DNA of 64,000 bases, taken from the NCBI GenBank assembly GCA_963737155.1, contig CAVTRN010000002.1:2016001-2080000 (forward strand). The letters are read 5' to 3'. Source of the stretch: Nitrospirota bacterium (GTDB taxonomy: Bacteria; Nitrospirota; UBA9217). A program made the position numbers and the translations under genes. The stretch's first letter is position 1. Each line of letters starts with the position of its first letter. Below the pieces are notes generated by a model. It saw nothing but the letters and a program-made list of their open reading frames with translations. It was not told the DNA's origin and did not search any database. Shown here in pieces: positions 42,546 through 52,979 of this stretch.

Positions 42546-42829
42546 GATAAAAGGAGAAAAGTCGAAGGAGCGCCGCTGCCCTGGCGTGGCACCAACGTTC
42601 AAATTGAAAACCCTGCTGTTACAGAATGGTATCTGGGTTTGAAGCGATAACGAGGTGTTAGGGTCAGCCATTTTATTATGTAAGGATTTTTTGAGTGGAT
42701 ATGTGCGGTGGTTATTTGCCGGTTTTTTCATAGGTGAGTCTACCGCTTTCCTATTGAGTTGGAAGCCCCTGCAAGTGGTTGTGGATTCATCAGACCTTTG
42801 TATCCTAGCCACCCGAGACGACTTAACTT

Positions 42830-43073
42830 TTCTTACCACCATCAAGTGATTCTTCACGGATTGTACCGCCTTGATTTCCCTAATCGTTATTACAATCCGT
42901 TCCTCGACAGCGCTACTATTCACAAAACCCTGCAGAAACATCCCCATGTGTTCTCGTCGCGCGTAGTCGCGACCTCGGTGTTAAGGGCGTTGGTCAAACG
43001 ATGGAGAAGCAGTGCCATCTCCACTGGGCGGTAATGGAAGCGTCATCTTCATAGTTGGATAAACTTTTTGTCA
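42830..43073 (-). pseudogene. BON-domain (OsmY-like) remnant
   Basis: EDDASITAQ / LQGFVNSSAVEER...IKAVQSVKNHL in shifted frames. Confidence 0.5.
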
Positions 43074-43075
43074 TC

Positions 43076-43753
43076 CTACTTTCTATCCTCTTTTTCCTCC
43101 CCTTTTTCAGGTTTTCCCTCTTGAGGTTTAGATTTTTTTGGTGTCACCTTTTGTTGTTGCTGTGAGTGCTGTGGTTGGATCTTTCCGGATTTCGGTCGCG
43201 ATTGTTGTGGTTTCGCTACCCCTCTAACTTCCGGTTTTGCCTTAGCTTTTGCTCTAACTGTTTGAGACGGCGGTTGTGATCGCGTGCGGGATTCCAAACC
43301 TTTCACACCCCAAGATTGTTGCTTCTCCCAATAGTTGCTCTTTTGCCAGCCCTTCCAGTTCTGTTGAACTTGCTGCTGAGGTATTCGCTGGTAGTTCCAC
43401 TCATGCCCATTCCAACTATGATCCCTGTAGTCATTCCTCCAACCTGAGGGTATCCCTGCATAAAAAGATGGAACCTTTTGGTAGTAGGCCCAGCCTGAGT
43501 TGTAACTCCGTGAGCGATACCAACGTCCTTCCCATGGACGCCACCACCAACCGTTGTAGAAGAAGAGGTCAGTGTCTACGTCAGGAGCCACATAGACATA
43601 CGTCTCAGGCAGTACTATCAGCGCTGGTGGTGCGGAAAATACGATTGGTGGTGGCAGAGCAATACCGACGTTTACATCTACCCCTGCCATCGTTGGAGCA
43701 GGAACTACAAATGCCATAGCTAAAACCAATGCCCCCAAAAACATCTTTTTCAT
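43076..43753 (-). CDS. Exported Trp-rich hypothetical protein with low-complexity Q/K/P tail
   Basis: MKKMFLGALVL signal peptide, VDVNVGIALPPP, FFYNGWWWRPWEGRWYRS; GGAGG RBS. Confidence 0.8.
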   Translation of the reverse strand: MKKMFLGALVLAMAFVVPAPTMAGVDVNVGIALPPPIVFSAPPALIVLPETYVYVAPDVDTDLFFYNGWWWRPWEGRWYRSRSYNSGWAYYQKVPSFYAGIPSGWRNDYRDHSWNGHEWNYQRIPQQQVQQNWKGWQKSNYWEKQQSWGVKGLESRTRSQPPSQTVRAKAKAKPEVRGVAKPQQSRPKSGKIQPQHSQQQQKVTPKKSKPQEGKPEKGEEKEDRK

Positions 43754-43905
43754 TTTGTCACCTCCTATACAAATCAATCCTGATGACCTGACACACAGAA
43801 GAATTACAATAACCTGACCATGGAATATTTCCCTTCCCTATGAACGACGGAAAGACCGTCAGGTTGCTCGTGTGCCTTGGCTAGTCGTGAATTTGCGTCT
43901 GTTAA

Positions 43906-45562
43906 CCTAACCCGGACAAGCCGGAACCAAGAGGTTTTATAAAAACCATGATACAATGAAGGCTCTACTCATTGTAGTCATGGAGGTTGCTATGATGATT
44001 CCTGAACGCTACCAAGATAAAATAGCCGGTTCACTATCCTGCTATGACCGCATGATCATGCAGGGCACGCTGCCCGGCTGGTGCTTCGATAAGGGGATGA
44101 CGGCATTCCTCTATGCCCGACAGATCAAGATTTTCGATTATGCCCAGTTCGCCAAAGCGCTTCAGGAAAAAGTCCGGGAGAACGCTGAGGGCCTCGCGAA
44201 TGAGAACAGCATTGAGATCGAGTTCATCCGCAAGCTGGGTGCGTTCCGTAAAGAGGCCCGGATCAAAGAAATCATCAAAGCGCGTGGCGAGCAACCCGGC
44301 CTTGTTCATATCTTCTCGGCCATGGAAGCCTGCACCAGCTACAAACCCTGGCACGACAAAAACACCGGCAAGACCTTTCTCAAGTATGATTCCGGAAAGT
44401 GTCTCCACTATTACTTCTACTTCATCGACAAGACGTTCGGCCTGTGCTACCTCCGCGTTCCCACCTGGGCACCGTTCCGGCTCCAGTTCTATATGAACGG
44501 CCACAACTGGCTGGCGGCGAAATTGGCAAAAAAGAAAATCCCCTATGTTCTTCGGGAGAACGCGTTTCTCTCTATCGATAATTTTCCCAAAGCCCAGGAG
44601 CTTTCTGACAGCATCAAGGTGTCGGACTTACACCATGCACTGGACAGATTCGCTAAACAATACTGCCCGGTCGGTAACGGGTACGGACTTACCTACCACT
44701 GGAGCACTATGCAGGTGGAATATGCCACCGACATCGTTTTCAAGAAGCAATCGGACCTGCACACGTTGTATGAGCAAATCGTTCGAACCGCCATTCACTC
44801 CGTGAAACCGGAGAATATCGCGACCTTTCTGGGTCGGAAGCTCCACGGCAATTATCAAGGCGAAATGGGCAACAACTTCAACACCCGAATTCAGGGAACA
44901 CGGATCAAGCACCATATGGGCGCTTCATCCATCAAGATGTACGACAAGTTCGGCAGCATCCTCCGGATTGAGACCACGACCAACGACGTCTCGGAGTTCA
45001 AGCACTATCGGGAAGTCCAGTCGCGGATCGGAGATCCTGTCCACAAGAACGCACCCATGAAGAAGAACATCTACAGCCTGTTTGACCTTACGGCGATCTT
45101 CAAGGCCTCGAACCGCCGTTATCTTGAGTTCATCTCCACGTTCGACGACCAAAGCGCGGGAATCAATAACCTTGATAAAATTTCAAAGACCGTGGAAACA
45201 GGCGACCGTTCCTACAAGGGCTTCAATCTCTTCAGCGACGATGATCTCAAACTGTTCGAGGTTCTCGCCCGCGGCGAGTTCAACATCAACGGACTTCAGA
45301 ATAAATCTCTACGAAAACAGCTGCCATCCGTGACGAGCAGTACCATGACGAGAATTCTGAAACGGCTTCACGTCCACGGCATTATTCGGAAAGTCGGCAA
45401 AACATACAAGTACTACGTTTCAAAACTCGGCAAGGCTGTTATCGCTGCGGGATTGACCATCCGAAATATGTCTGTAATCCCGCAACTGGCGCATGTTTAA
45501 TGCATATTCACCAAATTGTTCTACCCATTTTGAGAAGCTTTTGATTCTTTAGTTACTAATGT
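43906..45562 (+). mobile_element. Unclassified IS-like element, copy 1 (1,657 bp of shared sequence)
   Basis: Reverse complement of 53453-55109; flanks diverge outside these limits; CTAA at both junctions; no TIRs. Confidence 0.92.
43956..45500 (+). CDS. Putative transposase with Rep_trans-like motifs and C-terminal winged HTH (514 aa)
   Basis: Identical translation in both copies; QVEYATD, IKMYDK, LRIE; C-terminal NKSLRKQL...MTRILKRLHVHGIIRKVGKTYKYY. Confidence 0.75.
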   Translation: MKALLIVVMEVAMMIPERYQDKIAGSLSCYDRMIMQGTLPGWCFDKGMTAFLYARQIKIFDYAQFAKALQEKVRENAEGLANENSIEIEFIRKLGAFRKEARIKEIIKARGEQPGLVHIFSAMEACTSYKPWHDKNTGKTFLKYDSGKCLHYYFYFIDKTFGLCYLRVPTWAPFRLQFYMNGHNWLAAKLAKKKIPYVLRENAFLSIDNFPKAQELSDSIKVSDLHHALDRFAKQYCPVGNGYGLTYHWSTMQVEYATDIVFKKQSDLHTLYEQIVRTAIHSVKPENIATFLGRKLHGNYQGEMGNNFNTRIQGTRIKHHMGASSIKMYDKFGSILRIETTTNDVSEFKHYREVQSRIGDPVHKNAPMKKNIYSLFDLTAIFKASNRRYLEFISTFDDQSAGINNLDKISKTVETGDRSYKGFNLFSDDDLKLFEVLARGEFNINGLQNKSLRKQLPSVTSSTMTRILKRLHVHGIIRKVGKTYKYYVSKLGKAVIAAGLTIRNMSVIPQLAHV

Positions 45563-45618
45563 CTCTTCTCCTGGATAAAATGCTATGTTAAGTTATATCG
45601 AATTTAACCAGCAGGATT

Positions 45619-45774
45619 TCAATGGTGCTCATCATCGCCGTGTTCTTCATGATGTTCTTCATGATGATCATCATGGCCACCGTCCCCAGGTCCTCCATGG
45701 TCACCCCGCCACCAACAACCGTTGCTGGATACGAGCAACATTACACCGATTATCAATAGTCTAATTTTTTCCAC
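45619..45774 (-). CDS. His/Asp/Glu-rich micro-lipoprotein A (51 aa from GTG; ATG at 45776 if the A-run lost one base)
   Basis: Manual translation MEKIRLLIIGVMLLVSSNGCWWRGDHGGPGDGGHDDHHEEHHEEHGDDEHH; paralog at 46183-46338. Confidence 0.75.
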   Translation of the reverse strand: MEKIRLLIIGVMLLVSSNGCWWRGDHGGPGDGGHDDHHEEHHEEHGDDEHH

Positions 45775-46182
45775 ATAATATTGCCATCCATTGCTTTGTT
45801 TTTTTCTAGTCGAATGAATTTCCTACTGAAGTTGTGTCTTTATTTTTAAATAGATTCTTTTCAACAGGTGCCCCTTCTTCAAGGAGTTGAGTCGTGGCAC
45901 GTCATAAACTTACGCCTGTTTGCTAAATACGGAAAAACCACTTACCTTAATCTGTTGTCTTTTAACTGGATACGAAGCTACTAAGGTAAAAGGAAAATGG
46001 GGCTATTTTAAAGACTTATGATTTTCGAATATGGCAGCATCGCCGCAAGTGGCTTGTTTTACGGGCAGATCGTTGATCCCTCAGCGAAACGCCGCGTAAC
46101 TGCGTCTACCATATTTATTGTAACAGGTTGAGTCAAGTAAATGCCACTAACCTAATTGAACTTGACCGAAACCGGCCGCATT

Positions 46183-46338
46183 TTAATGGTGATCCCCATG
46201 CTCATCACCGCCGTGATCTTCATGATGTTCATCATGGTGGTGGTCGCCGCTCTCAGGTCCTCTATGGCAGCCCCAAAAACTATTGCTGGATACGACCAAC
46301 ATGACGCCGATTACCAATAGTTTAATTTTTTTCCTCAT
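46183..46338 (-). CDS. His/Asp/Glu-rich micro-lipoprotein B (51 aa)
   Basis: Manual translation MRKKIKLLVIGVMLVVSSNSFWGCHRGPESGDHHHDEHHEDHGGDEHGDHH. Confidence 0.8.
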   Translation of the reverse strand: MRKKIKLLVIGVMLVVSSNSFWGCHRGPESGDHHHDEHHEDHGGDEHGDHH

Positions 46339-46815
46339 AATATTGTCATCCATTCTTTGTTTCTGTCAGCTCGAAAAAACTTCTCTAAGGTCTCCTTTAG
46401 CCACCGCCACTGATTCATTAAAATACGTCAACCTTCTCCTGTAAGTCGCGAATCACAAACTCAACTTCAAGGCTTATATACCCATAGAATGCTGACAAAT
46501 AATGAACGAGAATAATCCATGTCAAACAATATGTTTGTAAATTAAAGTATAGCACAATATTCGTTATAAATTAATAGCATAGAACGATTTGTGTGTTGAT
46601 CTCAGTTTTCTGCATGCGCCCGATATTTGAATTACACCTTTGTTGAGTCTCTAACTTGAAACAACACGAACAGTGCTCTATACTTAAAATAAGGGAATGG
46701 ACAATAAATGTACGTAAGACTTATAATAAATCCACACTATAACGATTTACCATTCATTGATACAAAAGAACATCGGTTTGGTTTCTCCGTGAATTATTAA
46801 AAAAGTGGAGGTCTT

Positions 46816-47265
46816 ATGATTTTAAAGATTCTTGTACCAATAGACGGTTCAAAAGTGTCACGGAAGGCGGCAAAATATGCGGTCGAGCTCGCAAAACAGA
46901 CTGGCGCATCTTTGACGCTGCTTAGTGTTATCGATAACCGCTTCTTAGTCGGTCAGTCGGTTTCGGCTTCTGCTTCACCGACCCATTTAAAAGAGTCTGT
47001 CGCAGATTATCTAAAGCAGTCAGCACAATCCTCTACGGACGAAACAGCAAAGGTTTGCGAACGGAATCGTATTCAATACAAAGCGGTAATAAGGACAGGA
47101 CATCCTGTGGAAGAAATTGTAAACGAGGCAATTAAATCGAAGGCTGACCTGATTGTTATAGGCTCCCATGGCAAAAGCGCCCTTAAAGCGGCCGTGCTCG
47201 GTAGCATTACGTACGGCGTAATGCACAAGGATACGAAAATCCCTGTGCTCATCGTGAGGCGATGA
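46816..47265 (+). CDS. Universal stress protein (single domain)
   Basis: KILVPIDGS...GHPVEEIV...ADLIVIGSHG...VLGSIT...PVLIVR; GGAGG RBS. Confidence 0.93.
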   Translation: MILKILVPIDGSKVSRKAAKYAVELAKQTGASLTLLSVIDNRFLVGQSVSASASPTHLKESVADYLKQSAQSSTDETAKVCERNRIQYKAVIRTGHPVEEIVNEAIKSKADLIVIGSHGKSALKAAVLGSITYGVMHKDTKIPVLIVRR

Positions 47266-47414
47266 TTTACTCCCGATAGAGAAGCTCGTTCTCATTATTA
47301 AGTGAGCAGTAATTGGACTAAGGTGCTTATATTCTGTCTTTGTCGCCAGCCGACCTATTTCATATGTACTGACTACTGCATTGATGGTTTCGTAGAAGAC
47401 CTCTTTCCCAAACA

Positions 47415-47590
47415 GATGGGAAGCGTTAGCGATCAGACAGTGGGAAATATTCTAAAAGCGGCGCGGTTTGGTGCCCGCGCCCGAGCCGAAAAAAACCACC
47501 ACATGGAAAAAGTTCAGCCGGACTCATCGGGACCTGCTTGTAGCAATGGATTTCTTCACCGCGAATGTGTGGAAAAAGAGCCTGAATTTG
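47415..47590 (+). pseudogene. Internal remnant of an integrase-core transposase
   Basis: VSDQTVGNILK then (shifted) PAPEPKKTTTWKKFSRTHRDLLVAMDFFTANVW. Confidence 0.65.
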
Positions 47591-48197
47591 TCTGCTTCCA
47601 CGCATCACAGTGGAACAATGCGGGCCTTCCAACTCATTACAATAGAATACCTTTGAAATTTAATCTTACTTCCCAAAGCTTGCGTCTTATGCTTATTCCC
47701 CAGCATCACGGCCTTTGCTTCATTTGCCACACGGTATTTTACAACCATCTTCGTCGGGATCTGATCCCTACCCTGTTGCTGTGAACAACCCATACGGGTC
47801 TTGCTGCTGATCTGCGGTGGACCGTATAGCAAAATTCTAGCGACGAAGTCCTCGCTGTTTCTTATATTGATAATAAATATTTATTTTGATTTTTATCGTG
47901 ACTGTGATCCTTGCGAGATTACGACATGTTGGCGTGTTCAGTTAAGAGTTCCAGTCGTTCCAGTTTCCTTAGGACAAAAGCGGAAACTGTGCTAATCTCG
48001 TCTTGACCAATGAAGATGTTGACGGTATCATGGCTTCAAAAATGGTCCCAATAATTTATCACCCTAATCAGTTGAGACATAGGGACTTATTGAGCCAGGT
48101 CTCTGGAATCTTATTGGAACAGTATTTGTAGCATTATTTAATATGTGTTATATGTGAAGGCATATCACCAATGAGGAATTTAAAAAGAGGTAGAAAG

Positions 48198-48581
48198 ATG
48201 AAACATGTTTTAATAATGGTATGTTTGTTTTTCGTTATGACAGGATGTGCATTTGCAGAAACTCACAATTGGAAATTCATCTGTGCAGTTAAAATCAAAA
48301 CTAATAATGTATTTTATTATTATGATGCCAATAGTGTTGAGGTTAAGCGAATGCTCCGCGATGTCAATGTTTTGGCGAAAGATGAAAATGGGATATCAGA
48401 GAAACTAAATAAGATGGTTTTGTGGGAGATAAATTGTGAAACAAAGCAATTTAGAGGTTTAAATTTTGTTCACTATAACGATGACGGTAGTGTAAAATCT
48501 ATCTCTGATGAACCTTCAGAATTGATTAATATTGTTCCCAAGTCTATGATGGATTTATTACAAAATATTCTCTGTAAGTAA
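48198..48581 (+). CDS. Exported protein, surface-adhesin E-like
   Basis: Signal peptide, NWKF...FYYYDANSV...EINCETKQF...IVPKSMMDLLQNILCK; AT-rich. Confidence 0.65.
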   Translation: MKHVLIMVCLFFVMTGCAFAETHNWKFICAVKIKTNNVFYYYDANSVEVKRMLRDVNVLAKDENGISEKLNKMVLWEINCETKQFRGLNFVHYNDDGSVKSISDEPSELINIVPKSMMDLLQNILCK

Positions 48582-48650
48582 AGTATAATCCTGTAATATG
48601 AGAATCAGCAATATTGACCCATAGTGGCATTGCTGTTCAATTCTTTTTAT

Positions 48651-48828
48651 TAACACGGCTTTTGCAGTCGCTGTCTACGTTTCACGCATAGTGTCGCCAC
48701 GGTGCATTCAAAACTAGATTCCGGCTGATGACCAGGCTTGTCCGGGCGGAATTGACAAGCCGCTGAATCAGCCAAAAAGTTTTCATCTTTCTACTGTTTC
48801 TCCCTTCCCCAGGCTTATCCTGGCGCGA
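48651..48828 (-). ncRNA. Degenerate 5' (domain I) fragment of a second group II intron
   Basis: Minus strand TCGCGCCAGGATAAGCCTGGGGAAGGGAG...AGCCTGGTCATCAGCCGGAA...GAAACGTAGACAGCGACTGCAAAAGCCGTG resembles recalled bacterial intron 5' domains; no DV/DVI or RT nearby. Confidence 0.55.
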
Positions 48829-49075
48829 GATTAAAAACTTCAAATGAGAATATGCGCATTAACAACGAAGAAGAGAGTTAATCAGGTTGGTCTTGTGTTC
48901 CCTGTTTCTCCTCCCTTTCGGTTTGAGGAGTGCCCCATTTTTTAACAAATGTGGGATGTCTATGCCCCACACAGATCATACTATGTCACTCACACCTGTC
49001 AAGAATAAAACATTATGCGGCCCACCGCATAACATTTTTTTGTCTGACTTTGGTGTTCACCATATTCATCCTGCC

Positions 49076-50311
49076 TCATTTCTTCGATTCCAGGGCGTCG
49101 GTCTGTACCAATTGCGGAAATAATCGTATCCAGAGCGCCACGACGATAATTGTGCCAATGCCGCCGATCAGGACGGCAAAGACAGCGCCAAACCAGGCTG
49201 CAGTGATCCCAGACTCAAACTCTCCCAATTGGTTCGAGGTTCCGATGAACAACGAGTTAACAGCGCTTACCCGGCCCCGCATTTCGTCAGGCGTCTCGAT
49301 CTGAACCAGCGAGTGCCTGATGACTACGCTGACCACATCGGCGGCTCCAAGCACGGCAAGGGCGGCCAAGGACAGCAGGAAAGATGTCGATAGAGCGAAC
49401 ACGATGGTCGCGATGCCGAAAATCGCCACAGCATTGAACATGGTCTTGCCCACACGATGTCTGAGCGGACTGCGCGCCAGGAAAAGGGACATGGCGAGGG
49501 CACCCACTGCGGGTGCCGAACGAAGTAGGCCTAGCCCCCACGGTCCGGTCATCAGGATATCGCGCGCATAGATAGGCAAAAGGGCCGTAGCTCCGCCGAG
49601 AAGCACAGCAAAGAGGTCGAGGGATATGGCACCCAGAACCTCAGGACGGCTGCGGATGAAGGCGATGCCGGCGAACACCGATTTGATGCTCGCAGGTTCA
49701 CTCACGACGGGAGCGCGGCCGGGGCGGAGGAGACCAAGAAATACGCTCGCAGTCATGAACAGGACCCCTGCTACTGCATAGACCTCGGTCGGGCCTACCA
49801 TATACAATAGGCCACCGAGAGCCGGCCCGACAATAACCGCCGTCTGCATTGCCGACGCAGACCAAGCAACTGCTCGGGGAAAATACTCGCCGGTGACCAG
49901 TCCGGGTAGTAGCGACTGCATGGTAGGCCCTTCAAAAGCATGTACAGCGCCGACGACAAACATGATTACGAGGATGGTCTCCTTACTCTGCCAGCCAGCG
50001 GCACTTCCCCAGGCCATTGTGAAGGCGGTAAGGCCTTCAACGATCTGACAGATACGTGCAATGGTGCGGCGATCGTACCGATCTGCAGCGTGGCCCACGA
50101 CGAGCGTCAGCAGGAACATGGGCAGAAATTGCGCAAGCCCGACGAGACCCAGATATAGCGCACTGCCAGTAAGTGCGTAGATCTGCCAACCCACGGCTAC
50201 GGCTTGCATCTGGAAGGCGACCATCGTCGCTGTCCGAGCGAACCAAAATAGGATAAATTGACGTTGTCGCAGGATCGGTTGTGTTTCAACCTGATCGAAA
50301 GGAGAGGTCAT
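49076..50311 (-). CDS. MFS transporter (EntS/DHA3-like)
   Basis: About 12 hydrophobic segments; GHAADRYDRR motif A; TPDEMRGRVSAVNSLFIGTSNQLGEFESG. Confidence 0.92.
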   Translation of the reverse strand: MTSPFDQVETQPILRQRQFILFWFARTATMVAFQMQAVAVGWQIYALTGSALYLGLVGLAQFLPMFLLTLVVGHAADRYDRRTIARICQIVEGLTAFTMAWGSAAGWQSKETILVIMFVVGAVHAFEGPTMQSLLPGLVTGEYFPRAVAWSASAMQTAVIVGPALGGLLYMVGPTEVYAVAGVLFMTASVFLGLLRPGRAPVVSEPASIKSVFAGIAFIRSRPEVLGAISLDLFAVLLGGATALLPIYARDILMTGPWGLGLLRSAPAVGALAMSLFLARSPLRHRVGKTMFNAVAIFGIATIVFALSTSFLLSLAALAVLGAADVVSVVIRHSLVQIETPDEMRGRVSAVNSLFIGTSNQLGEFESGITAAWFGAVFAVLIGGIGTIIVVALWIRLFPQLVQTDALESKK

Positions 50312-50522
50312 GTCGTTATTTATAATATTCCTTGCAGGATACTACTACGAAGGTTTAATCATCTCTTGTTTCAAATAACTCCGTGATGCTTCTTTTCCCG
50401 ATGACATCTAGACCTCTTTCAAGGGGGACTTTTCTGATTCTGTCTGCACCGGTCAAATTCTTTGCGCATCTAACGAATTTCTGGTCATCTTCGGCCGTCT
50501 GGAGAATATGATAAATCCCGAG

Positions 50523-51053
50523 TTATCTCGTCCATGTCGTCGTTCTCCCGAGGAGATATATGCCGATGAAACCCCTTAAATTTAGTTGGCTAGGAGACAA
50601 CAGTGTCATCTGGCCGCTGTAAGTCTTTCCGTTGTCCGGGTTGTAAATCTTTCCATCCGTCCATGAGCCGGCACCGGCATACATGAAGTCGTAGAGAATC
50701 TGAAGACCAACGATAGGATATTTTCTCAGGTTCGGGTTCGGGTTGTTATGATCGAGTGCCGGCGTACCTGGCGTACCCTCCTTTGAATCAGCCGGATAAT
50801 TCGGGTCCCTAGACCAGACAATTTTGCCGCAGTACTTTACGCCGCATTTATAGATCATTATTTCTGCTTCTTTTCCCTGGGTATTCCACACTCCCAGAAT
50901 ACCATCCGAGCCGGCAGCATGGGCTGCTGCTGTCACACCCATCACCAGGACCACAAGAGATATGAATATCCGCTGACTCATTTTAAGCGTTGAAACAAGC
51001 ATTTTGAATTGTCTCCCATAAGTTGAAAATAGCATGAAGAAGGTTTCCTGCAT
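50523..51053 (-). CDS. DUF2147 domain exported protein (start probably downstream, MSQRIF)
   Basis: GVWNT...YCGKIVW...DHNNP.P.LR..PIVGLQIL...GKIYNPDNGKTY...LRGFIG...GRTTTWTR. Confidence 0.9.
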   Translation of the reverse strand: MQETFFMLFSTYGRQFKMLVSTLKMSQRIFISLVVLVMGVTAAAHAAGSDGILGVWNTQGKEAEIMIYKCGVKYCGKIVWSRDPNYPADSKEGTPGTPALDHNNPNPNLRKYPIVGLQILYDFMYAGAGSWTDGKIYNPDNGKTYSGQMTLLSPSQLNLRGFIGIYLLGRTTTWTR

Positions 51054-51600
51054 TCTCTCTCATTTCCGGGAATTCATCCCTGTAAACTGCAAATACAGAC
51101 GGGAAAGCGATATCCGCAACTGCGAGAAAATTACGGCTAAACCCGCAGACAGATATCTGCTTTAAAAGCCACGACCATAAACTAACCCGAATTCTTATTG
51201 ATCAGACGATAATTACCGAAGGATTATGCACAAGAGAGATCAATTTCAATCAGAAAGACATGATTTTCATTCCTGAAGGTCGTGACCGGGGAAATCCTCT
51301 CATTGGCGGCGAATAAAATATTTATAGTTCGTTTTTTAACTCCTCCCGCAAGAATTAAACGTGGTCCTTGACAGGTCTTTCGGCTTAGTGCCACTTACCC
51401 CTCTTCCCATCATCATATTACTTAAGACAGTAGCTTGTTGTGTTTCATTCCTTTCACGGTTGTGGAGCGGCGGGAGAATCTCACTCTTCTTCCCTGACAT
51501 CCTTGCAATTTTTTTTATTACGAAATTAGGATATTCCGGCACCTCTCAACATTAATAAAATTACACTATTTATCTCTGCCATCTGCATTTAATAACCTGC

Positions 51601-52587
51601 TTACTTCAGGAAATCTTCAAAGATATTTTTCCCATAATCAAGCACCTGGTAAAGTTGGTACATTTCACCCTTTCCAAAAGCGGGTTTTTTCTCTCGCCAT
51701 TTTTCCAGATGCCCTTCAGAACAAAAGAAGTTCATGAATGGGCAAAACGTCTTTGCGGTACATCCGCATTGTTCCCGGTTGCTGACGAATTCAACAACGC
51801 TTTCGGGAACACAGGATGCAATTTTGCAGTGCTTCACTTCGATCTTAATTTCCTTATCGCACTCAGGACAATGAGATCGAACAGAAATGTCCTCTCGAAG
51901 CATAAAATGGATACCTAGAGCGTCTGTTGCGCAGAGGGCATATACTTCATGCCCATCCTGAAAGACAACTTTATGGCGAGTTACTTTAGCAGAAAAAGGG
52001 TACGCAGAAATAATTTCGCCACCTTCCGTCGTTAGAATGTCTGCCCTATGCAGTTTTTCGACGATACGATAAGCTGATTCGAGGGATGGCAACATCATTA
52101 CCTCGGTGATCATTTTATCGGATGGGGGCTTGCCGGTCCTTCCGAACTCTTTCAGGATATATTTACGCGTCTCGTCTTCCGATTGACTCAAGCGCGCTTG
52201 CGCCACTCTTCCTTTTACCGTTTCCCCGATCAGGTCCATAAGACTTTTTGTAACTGTCTTTCTTTTAAAAGATGCGTCCCCCATTCCGCAATTTCCCTCC
52301 CTCATCGCTTTTCGAAGCGTATCAACTGATGGGACATTCGCGAGCCAGCCCGACTCGTCCTTGAACATCCTTCAGGAAAAGCCGGTGATGTCCTGCGGCT
52401 GCAATTCCTCTCCATCAAAAAAGACCGATGGCGATCCGCTGAGTTTCAGCTCTGCCGCTTTTTCATCGCTGATTCGATAAATACTTACATCAGCATGAAT
52501 CTTTTCGGCTTTTAAAGCAAGGGCAATATTCTCCTTTAACGTATCCTCGGAGCCGCATCCTTGTGATACGTAGCAGTCGATTTTCAT
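51601..52587 (-). CDS. Probable selenoprotein: thioredoxin-like domain (UGA=Sec at 52372-52374) fused to MerB-like organomercurial lyase, 328 aa
   Basis: The 71-aa and 255-aa ORFs are in frame and separated only by TGA-AGG. Read-through gives GSPSVF...GFS-U-RMFKDESG..ANVPSVDTLRKAM. MerB motifs SAYPFS, YALCATDALG, FCPFMNFF. Confidence 0.85.
52328..52369 (-). promoter_or_regulatory. Candidate bacterial SECIS hairpin
   Basis: After UGA: GAUG-uucaa-GGAC-GAGUC-(GGGCU)-GGCUC-gcgaau-GUCC-CAUC; the apical loop starts with G, 20 nt after UGA. Confidence 0.65.
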
Positions 52588-52925
52588 GCTCTCTCCATTT
52601 GCGTATTCAGTTCATAAAAGATTATTAACGTCGGATTCATGATGTAACGAGGCTGAAATATGAGCAAATCACGCCATTCTTAAGACCTCGGATGAGTATA
52701 TGCTTGGTGTTTTTAGTTGTCAACGAGTTCGATTACATTACATACATATAGAATCTTGTGTATGCCGTTATAATACCATGTTGCATCTCGCTATTTTCTG
52801 CCCAATTGATCATGTCAATATTAACTCAGAACCCACATAGAAAAAGAGGAACCCTGCAAATATCAGATGCCATAAACACTTTAGGGACGAATAGTTCGCG
52901 ACTCTGAGAGAGAACACGGACTAAT

Positions 52926-52954
52926 AAAGCCTGTCCAGAATCAGGACAGGCTTT
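52926..52954. terminator. Intrinsic terminator downstream of ssb
   Basis: AAAGCCTGTCC-agaatca-GGACAGGCTTT perfect stem, about 25 bp after the ssb stop. Confidence 0.8.
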
Positions 52955-52979
52955 TACGTGCACTCAATTATGTGACCAT

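Noticed and set aside
48733-48750. 12-bp match (cccggacaagcc) to the left end of the unclassified element
   Set aside because: Lacks the CTAA core and the second CCGG arm, and lies within the intron-like fragment; probably chance.
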